Assembly (NCBI GenBank): GCA_038206875.1
Contig: JBBRAK010000001.1
Span: 1,037-65,036, forward strand
DNA: 64,000 nucleotides
DNA from: Candidatus Saccharimonadales bacterium
Lineage (GTDB): Bacteria > Patescibacteriota > Saccharimonadia > Saccharimonadales > JBBQAJ01
Direction: 5' to 3'
Numbering within the stretch: position 1 is the first letter of the stretch; each line of letters opens with the position of its first letter. The translations under genes and the position numbers were made by a program. Positions 54,427 to 63,063 of the stretch are shown piece by piece. The notes beneath the pieces are model-generated. The model was not told the origin of the DNA and did not search any database. It was given only the letters and a program-made list of their open reading frames with translations.

Positions 54427-56130
54427 ATGAGACTATCAAAACTATTCGGGAAGACTTCTAAAACAGAAGGTTCGGATTACAAGATTGATTCGCATCGCTT
54501 GCTTATTCAGGCTGGTTTTATTCGTGAGTCAACTGCTGGACGTTACTACTTGCTGCCGCTCGGGCTCAAGGTGCACGAAAACATCACTAACATAGTGCGG
54601 AAGCACATGGACAAAGCTGGAGCCCAAGAACTTGTAATGCCAGTCTTACATCCTCTGGAACTATGGAAAGAAACAAATCGCACCAATACGGCCGGGTTTG
54701 AGTTAATGAAAATTAAGGATAGGCGCGATGCTGAATTTGCTCTAGGTGGTACTGCAGAAGAAATGGCAGTGGACTTAGTGCGAAAGTTTAACATTAGCTA
54801 CAAAGATCTCCCGTTTAATATCTATCAGTTTAGTATGAAGTTTCGTGACGAAATGCGAGCTCGTGGTGGTTTATTAAGAGTTCGTGAATTTGTTATGAAA
54901 GACGCGTACAGTTTTAGCACCGAGGAGCAGTTCAAGATGATTTATCAGCAAATGTGGGATAGCTACAAAGCAATCTTTGACGAAATCGGTGTCAATACTG
55001 ACGTGGTTGCTGCTGATAATGGATACATCGGCGGTGAGTATTGCCATGAATTCGTGGTGCCAAGCAAGATAGGCGAAAGTCGCTATTTTGTGACGCCAAA
55101 CAGCAGTTATGTGGCCCATGAGGACATCGCGAAGTTTGTGAAATATGAGGAGCATAGCGACGAAGGGATGAAGCCTATAAAGGAAGTTGAAGGCAAAGAA
55201 ATAATCGGTGTTCAAGAGCTAGCAGAGTATCTTAATATACCTGTTGAAAAAACAACTAAGACTATCCTGTTTGAAACAGTTACTGGCGAAGTAGTTGCGG
55301 CAGCGGTCGCGGGTATGTATGACATTAACGAAACCAAGCTTCGGCATATTTTGGGCGGTGTTGATTTTCAACTTGCAAGTGAAGATACGGTCAAGCGAGT
55401 AACGGGTGCAGAAGTGGGGTATGCTGGTTTTATTAATCTTCCCAAAGAAGTTAAAGTCATTTTAGACGAATCAGTTAAGGGCCGTAAGAACTTTGAGGTC
55501 GGAGCAAACCACACGCACTTTCACACAATTAACGTTAACTTTGGGCGTGATTTGCCTGAACCTAAACAGTTTTATGATATTGCAATGGCTCGTCCCGGTG
55601 ACGAAGCTTTAGATGGAAAGGGAAAACTTGAAGAGCGACGCGGGATTGAAGTCGGTAACATTTTTCAACTAGGTAACCATTACACAAATCTGATGCATGG
55701 TGCTGTGTACGCGGATGAGCAAGGTGTGCGTCAGAAATATTATATGGGTTGCTATGGGATAGGCATTGGCCGAACAATGGCGGCCGTGGTAGAAGTCCAC
55801 AATGATGAAAAAGGTATTATTTGGCCGGAGAACATTGCGCCTTACAGGGTATATTTAGCTCGTCTAGGAGAAAGCAAAGAAGTCGTAAAAGAAGCAGACG
55901 ATGTTTATGAAAAACTGCAAAAAGCTGGAATTACGGTACTTTTTGATGACAGAGAGGTTCGTCCGGGCGAAAAGTTTGCGGATGCTGATTTGCTGGGAAT
56001 TCCATATAGACTAGTTATCAGCGAAAAAACACTTACAAGTGGTGAATATGAGTTGAAAAAGCGCACTGAACAAACGCCTCAAATGATTGGTAAAGATGAA
56101 CTTGTAAAAAGACTGGCGAACCAAGCCTAG
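54427..56130 (+). CDS. proS: Prolyl-tRNA synthetase (bacterial type with INS editing domain)
   Basis: It has MRLSKLFGKT...LLIQAGFIRE..AGRYYLLPLG. Class II motifs are present: FRDEMRARGGLLRVREFVMKDAYSF and GCYGIGIGR. The 567-aa length is consistent with an insertion domain, and a C-terminal anticodon-binding domain is present. Confidence 0.95.
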   Translation: MRLSKLFGKTSKTEGSDYKIDSHRLLIQAGFIRESTAGRYYLLPLGLKVHENITNIVRKHMDKAGAQELVMPVLHPLELWKETNRTNTAGFELMKIKDRRDAEFALGGTAEEMAVDLVRKFNISYKDLPFNIYQFSMKFRDEMRARGGLLRVREFVMKDAYSFSTEEQFKMIYQQMWDSYKAIFDEIGVNTDVVAADNGYIGGEYCHEFVVPSKIGESRYFVTPNSSYVAHEDIAKFVKYEEHSDEGMKPIKEVEGKEIIGVQELAEYLNIPVEKTTKTILFETVTGEVVAAAVAGMYDINETKLRHILGGVDFQLASEDTVKRVTGAEVGYAGFINLPKEVKVILDESVKGRKNFEVGANHTHFHTINVNFGRDLPEPKQFYDIAMARPGDEALDGKGKLEERRGIEVGNIFQLGNHYTNLMHGAVYADEQGVRQKYYMGCYGIGIGRTMAAVVEVHNDEKGIIWPENIAPYRVYLARLGESKEVVKEADDVYEKLQKAGITVLFDDREVRPGEKFADADLLGIPYRLVISEKTLTSGEYELKKRTEQTPQMIGKDELVKRLANQA

Positions 56131-56133
56131 GGC

Positions 56134-56142
56134 TGGTATAAT
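56134..56142 (+). promoter_or_regulatory. Extended -10 promoter element TGgTATAAT (about 160 nt upstream of greA)
   Basis: The sequence gcTGgTATAATcacc begins at 56134. The downstream leader contains the hairpin CCTGCC-AGTC-GGCAGG near 56217-56232. Confidence 0.4.
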
Positions 56143-56303
56143 CACCTGCGCACTAAGGGTTCGTTTACATTTATTTGCAATTTGTCGATTACAATCTTTG
56201 CACTGTAGACAGACAGGCCTGCCAGTCGGCAGGTAGATGTTAATGAATTCTCAGTAATGAAAATATAGTCGAGTTACTTAATTAAGAAGAGGTCAGGTTA
56301 GTC

Positions 56304-56759
56304 ATGAACAAACAGTTTTTACTTACCAAAAGTGGTGTTGATGAGCTAGAAAAAGAACTAGCTAGTTTGGTTGCAGGTAGAAAACCAGTTGCAGATGCTA
56401 TTAAAACTGCCAGAGAGTTTGGTGATTTAACCGAAAACGCCGAATATCAGTCTGCTAGGCAAGAGCAGGAAAAGTTCGAAGCACGTATTTCTGAAATAAA
56501 TCACATATTGTTGAACGTAAAAATTATTTCGAAACCCAAAGGAGACAGTAAAGTTCAAATTGGTAGCACCGTGACACTGAAAAATGGAACGACCAAAAAG
56601 TTTCAGGTAGTCGGTACTGTAGAAGCTGACCCGTTAAATGGCAAAATTTCTGACGAATCGCCGATTGGCCAAGCGTTACTAGGCAAAAAACTTGGAGAAA
56701 AAGTAGAAATAGTTACTCCAGCAGAAACAGCCACCTACAAAATTGCCGAAATCGCCTAA
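56304..56759 (+). CDS. greA: Transcription elongation factor GreA
   Basis: It has LTKSGVDELEKEL, AREFGDLTENAEYQSARQEQ and SDESPIGQALLGKKLGEKVEI. Confidence 0.95.
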   Translation: MNKQFLLTKSGVDELEKELASLVAGRKPVADAIKTAREFGDLTENAEYQSARQEQEKFEARISEINHILLNVKIISKPKGDSKVQIGSTVTLKNGTTKKFQVVGTVEADPLNGKISDESPIGQALLGKKLGEKVEIVTPAETATYKIAEIA

Positions 56760-57346
56760 CTTATTCGGTTTGCAAAACTATCTGTTGTTATCACCTCTGC
56801 TAATAGGCTATTCATACGCTGTAGCGCGTTTTGGTGCGCGTCTTCAGGGCCGATATTGCCCATTGCTTGAGAGGCGCAGGCATCTTCAAGTAAGATAACT
56901 TTCCGATTGCTCATCATAAGACCATCTATGGTAGCTTGGACACAAATTGGCGTTGTTAGTCCGCAAACTACAACCGTGTCAATATCTTCCCGCTCTAGGG
57001 TATCACTTAAATCTGTGCCGATCAGAGCATTGAATCGAGTTTTATCCAATAACGTATCTCCGTCTTGGAAGACGTCCGGGTATAGTATTGCATCTGGAGA
57101 ATCTGATCCAAGCACCTGATGGACGTTAGGAATAGAGTCCGCTAATCTACCCACTTCTGAGGGGTTCTTAAAAATATGGCGAGTGAGTACGACCTTACCC
57201 ATGGGTCGCCAAAGATTAAGCGCGAATTTTGCATTTTCAAGTGCCTCTGAAGCCTTGGGCACAGGGATTATGCCTCCAAAAGCTAACTGCCAGTCAATGC
57301 CAAGCATTATAGTACGTTTAGGATTGATAGGATATTTCTCAGTCAT
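56756..57346 (-). CDS. Isochorismatase-family cysteine hydrolase (nicotinamidase-like)
   Basis: It has MLGIDWQLAF (the DxQ motif) and VVVCGLTTPICVQATIDGL (catalytic Cys). The product is 196 aa. Confidence 0.8.
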   Translation of the reverse strand: MTEKYPINPKRTIMLGIDWQLAFGGIIPVPKASEALENAKFALNLWRPMGKVVLTRHIFKNPSEVGRLADSIPNVHQVLGSDSPDAILYPDVFQDGDTLLDKTRFNALIGTDLSDTLEREDIDTVVVCGLTTPICVQATIDGLMMSNRKVILLEDACASQAMGNIGPEDAHQNALQRMNSLLAEVITTDSFANRIS

Positions 57347-57451
57347 AACAACTCCTTAGTTACAAATATTATCCAATGATATGAATTGCTATACAAGAGC
57401 AGAGTTTTTTAATTTAGCAAAGAAATGCTAAAATATTTTTACGGATAAGTT

Positions 57452-58201
57452 ATGCTTAAAAACGAGACAATATATGATAAATTAGCAGAATTTGGTCTAA
57501 GTCCAGACGAATGTGACGTCTACTTATTGTTATTAACCGAAGGAAGTTTGACTGCCAAAGCTTTAGCATCTGGACTAGATGTAGTTGTAAACAGCATTTA
57601 TCGTGTGGCTGACGCTTTGGTCGGACTTGGGTTAGTTATCGAATTAGATGTTCGACCCAAACAATTTCAAGCCGTGCAACCGAATTCGGCAATACAAAAA
57701 CTATCAAGTAGTAAAGCCAGACATTTACAAAATATTGGTCAGGAGCTAATACAATTACTACCGGTCAAACAAAATCCGAATCGCCTAAACATGGAACTGC
57801 TAACAGGTCGCGCAGATCTATTTGAGAAGTTTGTAGAGTTAGCAAAAACAGCTAATGACGAAGTGCTTGTAATAAGTATTGGTGAGCCTGTGCCCGAATC
57901 TATCTGGTCAATTACACAGCGACTAATTGAAAAAGACGTGAAACCAAAATATCTTTTTCATAAGTATGACAAAGAAAACATTTTGCTTGTGAAGAGATGG
58001 CTGGCTATGGGTGTACCAATTCGTCACCTCCCGGGCGCGGGATATCATCTAAATATTTTTGATCATAGTTCGGTAATACTCTCAGCCAGTAACCCAAATC
58101 AGGGCAAAGAACGAAGCGGGGTAGTGATTTACAATGAAGCAATAATTGAGATGTTACGTACGTACTTTTTCCAGCAGTGGGCACTAGCGAAGAGACTGTA
58201 A
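57452..58201 (+). CDS. TrmB-family transcriptional regulator
   Basis: The N-terminal wHTH is LAEFGLSPDECDVYLLLLTEGSLTAKALASGLDVVVNSIYRVADALVGLGLV. A TrmB-like C-terminal domain is present. Confidence 0.7.
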   Translation: MLKNETIYDKLAEFGLSPDECDVYLLLLTEGSLTAKALASGLDVVVNSIYRVADALVGLGLVIELDVRPKQFQAVQPNSAIQKLSSSKARHLQNIGQELIQLLPVKQNPNRLNMELLTGRADLFEKFVELAKTANDEVLVISIGEPVPESIWSITQRLIEKDVKPKYLFHKYDKENILLVKRWLAMGVPIRHLPGAGYHLNIFDHSSVILSASNPNQGKERSGVVIYNEAIIEMLRTYFFQQWALAKRL

Positions 58202-58234
58202 TCTGTAATCTGTTTACTGTATACTTTTCTTGAT

Positions 58235-59770
58235 ATGCAGTGGTTGAACAAAATTGTTGATGATGTGATTGAAAAACACCCAGAGAGTGAGATTTTGATA
58301 GAATCTGGTAGTTCACCGTCTGGAATTTATCATTTGGGTCATTTACGAGAACTGGTGACCTGCGACGCTATTTTGTTAGAGATTAGACGACGGGGCAGGC
58401 AAGCTAGGCATATACAATTTGTAGATGACTTTGACGCTTTTCGGAAAGTTCCAGTTAACTTACCTACAGATTATGAAAAATATTTAGGGGTTCCGTTATG
58501 TGACATACCTGCTCCTGATGGTTCAAAAAACTCTATGGGTGATTATTTTTTGCAGGGGCTGAAAGATGCTTGTGGGATTTTAGGGATAGAAGTTGAGTAC
58601 CCAAAAGCTAGTGAAAAATATCGTTCTGGATGGTACGTACCAGCAATTGAACAAGCACTTGACCATGTCCCCAAAGCCCGACATGCGCTTGAAGCGGTGT
58701 CCGGGAGAGAGCTTGATGAAAGCTGGTCGCCAATACAGATTTTGGAAGAGTTGCGGTTAAAAAAACGCGCATACGTTAGGATAGATAAAACCAAAAAAAC
58801 GCTTATATATATAGACGCGAAGGGCAATGAGCAAACAATAGGATATGGTGACGGCAACGTAAAACTGGATTGGCGTTTGGACTGGCCGGGACGCTGGTGG
58901 TTGCAGAAAGTGGCCGTAGAGCCATCTGGCAGGGACCACATGACAAAAGGCGGTAGCTATGACACGGGCGTTCAGATTGTGCGTGAAGTCTTCGATTCTG
59001 AACCTCCTTATCCAGTGGCGTATGACTTTATAAACATGGTGGGAGATACTAAGAAAATGAGTGCCAGCAAAGGCACGGGTCTGGATGCTGTAGAGGGGGC
59101 TAAACTGATGCCTCCAGAGGTTGTACGATATTTTATACTTGCGTCCCCGCCCAGCAAAAGACTGTATTTTGATCCCGTAAACGGTGTGGTGAAAATGATG
59201 GACGAATTTGCCGCATTTGCCGCAAAAACTGACAAAACCGAAGACGAAAAACAGCTTTGGTACGTATGCACTAGAGGTCAAGACACTGGTCGCATGGTTA
59301 GCAGAGTACCTTTTTCACACCTTGTTGCGAGCTACCAGGCGTCACTCAAAAATGCCGACAAGACCCTAGAAGTCATAAAACGCACAGAACACTCAGACCT
59401 TGCGGAACAAGATGCCGAAATTATCAAAAATGAATTAAAGTTTATTGACCAATGGTTAAACACGCGCGCTCCAGAAGAGGTTAAGTTTAGCTTGCTAGAA
59501 AAGATAGATGCAGGTGATTTTAGCCCAGTTCAAAAGCAAGTTCTGAGTTCACTAGCAGAAAAAATAGAGCATGCACCGGCAGATGCCGACGGCGAGTGGT
59601 TCCACAAAGCTATATATGACCTTAAAAATGAAACTAATCTGTCGCCAAAAGAGTTATTTCAGACACTCTATCAAGCCATTATAGGAAAAGATTCTGGTCC
59701 AAGAGCTGGCTGGTTTCTGAGTTTATTACCCAAGGATTGGTTGATTGAAAGACTTAAACTAAGAGACTAA
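58235..59770 (+). CDS. lysK: Class I lysyl-tRNA synthetase (archaeal/spirochaete type)
   Basis: It has ESGSSPSGIYHLGHLRE (a HIGH-like motif) and KMSASKG (KMSKS). The 511-aa length and overall layout fit class I LysRS rather than class II LysS. Confidence 0.85.
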   Translation: MQWLNKIVDDVIEKHPESEILIESGSSPSGIYHLGHLRELVTCDAILLEIRRRGRQARHIQFVDDFDAFRKVPVNLPTDYEKYLGVPLCDIPAPDGSKNSMGDYFLQGLKDACGILGIEVEYPKASEKYRSGWYVPAIEQALDHVPKARHALEAVSGRELDESWSPIQILEELRLKKRAYVRIDKTKKTLIYIDAKGNEQTIGYGDGNVKLDWRLDWPGRWWLQKVAVEPSGRDHMTKGGSYDTGVQIVREVFDSEPPYPVAYDFINMVGDTKKMSASKGTGLDAVEGAKLMPPEVVRYFILASPPSKRLYFDPVNGVVKMMDEFAAFAAKTDKTEDEKQLWYVCTRGQDTGRMVSRVPFSHLVASYQASLKNADKTLEVIKRTEHSDLAEQDAEIIKNELKFIDQWLNTRAPEEVKFSLLEKIDAGDFSPVQKQVLSSLAEKIEHAPADADGEWFHKAIYDLKNETNLSPKELFQTLYQAIIGKDSGPRAGWFLSLLPKDWLIERLKLRD

Positions 59771-59790
59771 TTCATGTATACTACATTTTC

Positions 59791-60516
59791 ATGATAGAGG
59801 TCAAAAATTTAACCAAAACTTATGGCAAAAAAGACAGTATTTTCACTGCGCTTGAAGACGTCAGTTTTTCTATTCCAAATGGTTCAAGGGTTGCTATCAT
59901 TGGCAAAAGTGGGTCAGGCAAAAGTACGCTGATGCACATTATGAGCGGACTGGATCACCCTACCAGCGGGACTGTAACCATAGACACCAAAGTATTGGTA
60001 AAAATGAAGTCCAAAGCTGTAGATAGTTTTCGGGCCAGCAAAATGAGCTTTATTTTTCAGGCATTTTTTATAGAAGGAAATCAATCTGCTTACCAAAACG
60101 TCATGTTGCCACTCGAAATTGCAAAAGTTGGACGCAGACGCAGAAAAGACATGGTTTTACAGGCACTTGAAGCGGTTGAGTTAACTGATAAAAAAAATTC
60201 AAAGGCAAATAACCTGTCTGGTGGACAAAAACAGCGACTTGCTATAGCTCGAGCGATAGTAAACAAACCTAAGCTTATTTTTGCAGATGAGCCAACTGGT
60301 AATTTGGATAGCATAACTGGCGACAAAATTATTGATTTGCTTTTTGACTTGAACAAAACCATGGGGAGTACTCTGTTTATTGTTACTCACGACGATGAGC
60401 TGGCTGCAAAATGCCAAATACAAATTTCATTAAAAGATGGCAAAGTTCAAAATATCAAAAAATCTACCGCAAAACAGGCTACAAAGACAGTTAAAAGTCG
60501 GCGGAGGAGTACATAA
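59791..60516 (+). CDS. ABC transporter ATP-binding protein (MacB/LolD/FtsE-like)
   Basis: It has Walker A GKSGSGKST, the signature LSGGQKQR, Walker B LIFADEPTGNLD and an H-loop VTHD. Confidence 0.92.
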   Translation: MIEVKNLTKTYGKKDSIFTALEDVSFSIPNGSRVAIIGKSGSGKSTLMHIMSGLDHPTSGTVTIDTKVLVKMKSKAVDSFRASKMSFIFQAFFIEGNQSAYQNVMLPLEIAKVGRRRRKDMVLQALEAVELTDKKNSKANNLSGGQKQRLAIARAIVNKPKLIFADEPTGNLDSITGDKIIDLLFDLNKTMGSTLFIVTHDDELAAKCQIQISLKDGKVQNIKKSTAKQATKTVKSRRRST

Positions 60517-61889
60517 TGTACGTTTCTGATATATTTCGCAGAAGTGGACGGAATTTACGTCAAGCCAAAGCGCGAACAATTTTGACTGCTATGGCAATTG
60601 GCGTTGGAGCATTTGCACTTACTCTGACTTTGGCCGCAAGTAACGGCGCAAAAAGTTTTGTGAACAATATTATTCAAGAAAATTTTGACCCGTCAGAGCT
60701 TATTGTAGCTAGAGAGGAAAGTTTGTTCACCGGGTCAACCGATAATTCAAAGCCCCAAGAATACAATGAAAACTTTGGCGATGGTGTAAGTAACGCAGGA
60801 GCGCCGGTACAAATACAATATCTAAGCGCTGGTGACGTTGAAACGTTAAAGAAAATTGACGGAGTTGAAAGTGTCAGGCTGGGAGTGGCAGTTAATCTAC
60901 AATACATAACCAGGCCTGATCAAAAAAAATATGTCGGTACAATTCAAGCACTAAGCCAGTATCAAAAAGTGGATATTGTTGCTGGATCTAGGCCGGAAAA
61001 ACTGGACAACAAACAATTGCTTTTGCCAGAAGGGTTTGTAGGTCCTTTGGGGTTTGAAAGTGCCCAGAGTGCAGTTGGCCAGGAGATTACTGTTGCGGTT
61101 AGAAAATCTTTTAATCCTGATGAATTGCTCGCAAAATCTCGTGCAGGTGGGGACGTAACGGCTTTGATATCACAGGCTGAATCAGATGTGGTTAGGACTG
61201 AACAATTTACGGTTGTAGGCGTGACCAAAAAACAACCAACCTCACAGCCTGGTACGGAGTTATATTTGTATGGTGGCGAAACGGATGTGCAACAATTGCA
61301 AGAAATTAATACGGCAGGTACTAGCACATTCCAGAAATACCAAACGGTCTATGCGAGGATAAAGGATGGGACAGACGAAACCAAGTTGAAAGATGCTCAA
61401 AAGCGTATTAAAGACGCTGGATTTGCTTCTTTTAGCGTAAAAGACACTCAGCAGTTTTTGAACCAAGCCATAAATGTTTTGCAGGGAATCGTAGTGGCTT
61501 TTAGCCTGATTGCGGTGGTGGCGTCGTTGTTTGGAGTTATAAATACTATGTATATAAGTGTTTTGCAGAGAACTAGGGAAATTGGTCTCATGAAAGCTCT
61601 TGGCATGCGTCGGCGTGACGTGAGTAGGCTTTTCAGGTTTGAAGCGGCTTGGATTGGTTTTCTAGGCGGCACTCTCGGTGCGGGTTTGGCATATTTATTG
61701 GGTTTGGCTTTGAACCCCTGGATTACCAAGAAACTAGAACTTGGTGAAGGAAAAGCACTATTAGAATTTCAGTTCCCACAAATTGCTCTGCTTGTAGTGG
61801 CTTTAGTTCTAGTCGCTGTAGTAGCCGGTCTATTTCCAGCCAGAAAAGCCGCCAAACAAGACCCCATAGAAGCCCTCCGCACAGAGTAA
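60516..61889 (+). CDS. ABC transporter permease, FtsX/MacB type with large periplasmic domain
   Basis: It has an N-terminal TM segment, an extracytoplasmic domain of about 270 aa, and the FtsX-type motif REIGLMKALGMRRRDV. It also has three C-terminal TM segments and the ending DPIEALRTE. Confidence 0.88.
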   Translation: MYVSDIFRRSGRNLRQAKARTILTAMAIGVGAFALTLTLAASNGAKSFVNNIIQENFDPSELIVAREESLFTGSTDNSKPQEYNENFGDGVSNAGAPVQIQYLSAGDVETLKKIDGVESVRLGVAVNLQYITRPDQKKYVGTIQALSQYQKVDIVAGSRPEKLDNKQLLLPEGFVGPLGFESAQSAVGQEITVAVRKSFNPDELLAKSRAGGDVTALISQAESDVVRTEQFTVVGVTKKQPTSQPGTELYLYGGETDVQQLQEINTAGTSTFQKYQTVYARIKDGTDETKLKDAQKRIKDAGFASFSVKDTQQFLNQAINVLQGIVVAFSLIAVVASLFGVINTMYISVLQRTREIGLMKALGMRRRDVSRLFRFEAAWIGFLGGTLGAGLAYLLGLALNPWITKKLELGEGKALLEFQFPQIALLVVALVLVAVVAGLFPARKAAKQDPIEALRTE

Positions 61890-61939
61890 AGACGCAAGCA
61901 CGATTTGGGGGCTACAAGTATGTCTGTTTTGTATAACGA

Positions 61940-62431
61940 TTATTTTGTAATAAATTGTCCAGCAATCTTGTCTTTTTGCACTTTGTCCGCCTCAAAATAT
62001 TGCCCATTCATAGCGATATAAACCCCAGGTTTTAGCACCTGAACAAACGCAAGTGCGTTGCCAAGGTTGAACATTGCATCAGACTTAACCCCAAAGCTAT
62101 ATGGCACCATTGCGCCAGTTAGGACGATTACTTTATTGAGAATTCCAGCATTAAGTATGCTTTTTGCTGTTTCAACCATAGTGTCAGTACCATGGGTAAT
62201 CACTATTTGGGATTCTTCGCTCGTTTTACAGACGTTTACGATTAAGTCACGATCACCTTGTGTTAAATCCAGACTATCTTTCAATAAAAGTTGCTTTACT
62301 TTTGCACTTCCGGTAAATCGACTAACATGAAGCATGTCATCTACGTGAGTGCTCTCAAAGCCCAGCTCAGCAGTTAATTCGTTGTACTCTTTATCAAAAG
62401 TTCCTCCCGTTAACAGTAGCAAGATATTCAT
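61940..62431 (-). CDS. Single-domain asparaginase-like protein (N-terminal asparaginase domain only)
   Basis: It has LLLTGGTFDK (the TGGT catalytic Thr motif), ITHGTDTMVETA (HGTDT) and LTGAMVP. At 163 aa it is about half a type I asparaginase. Confidence 0.6.
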   Translation of the reverse strand: MNILLLLTGGTFDKEYNELTAELGFESTHVDDMLHVSRFTGSAKVKQLLLKDSLDLTQGDRDLIVNVCKTSEESQIVITHGTDTMVETAKSILNAGILNKVIVLTGAMVPYSFGVKSDAMFNLGNALAFVQVLKPGVYIAMNGQYFEADKVQKDKIAGQFITK

Positions 62432-62502
62432 ATACTATATAATTGCTCATTTATAGAGTTGTTGTCAATTTTTGGATAGTTGATGTCCCGCCTTAGTGTG
62501 TT

Positions 62503-63033
62503 CTACGGTTTTAGTTTTTGGTTAAATTTTTGGCGGAGTTTTTGGATTTTGGGGTCAATTACTACTTGGCAGTAACCGGCACTGCGATTGTTGTTATAGA
62601 AGTTTTGGCTGTCTTCGTCGGCAGGCCAGAATTTTTCAAATTTTGTAAGCTCGGTTACAACAGGGTCTTTGTACAAAGTTGGAGCAAAGTTAACTATCAT
62701 ATCTTGGGCAATTTGTTGCTGGTCTGGGTCATGATAAAAGATAACGGACCGATATATATTACCTACGTCTGGACCCTGACGGTTGAGGGTAGTCGGATCG
62801 TGCATAGCAAAAAATATTTCTAAAATTTCTTTGTAACTAATAACCTTTGGGTCAAAAGAAACTTGCACCACTTCTGCATGACCAGTAGACATGGTGTAGA
62901 CCTGCTGTGATGTTGGGTTTTTCACACTACCACCCGAGTACCCAGATACTACTGCGTCAACACCTATGACTCGCTGGTAAAAAGCTTCCAAGCACCAATA
63001 ACATCCTCCACCAAGCGTCGCTACTTCTTTCAT
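62503..63033 (-). CDS. msrA: Peptide methionine sulfoxide reductase MsrA
   Basis: It has ATLGGGCYWCLEA (a GCFWC variant), VVSGYSGG, TGHAEVVQVSFDP, DPTTLNRQGPDVGNIYRS and VIFYH. Confidence 0.95.
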   Translation of the reverse strand: MKEVATLGGGCYWCLEAFYQRVIGVDAVVSGYSGGSVKNPTSQQVYTMSTGHAEVVQVSFDPKVISYKEILEIFFAMHDPTTLNRQGPDVGNIYRSVIFYHDPDQQQIAQDMIVNFAPTLYKDPVVTELTKFEKFWPADEDSQNFYNNNRSAGYCQVVIDPKIQKLRQKFNQKLKP

Positions 63034-63050
63034 ATGCTAAGTCTATCATG

Positions 63051-63056
63051 TATAGT
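63051..63056 (+). promoter_or_regulatory. -10-like element TATAGT 7 nt upstream of ATG 63064 (leaderless heliorhodopsin transcript?)
   Basis: The sequence is catgTATAGTatttcgcATG. It lies inside the 30 bp that separate the msrA start codon from ATG 63064. Confidence 0.3.
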
Positions 63057-63063
63057 ATTTCGC

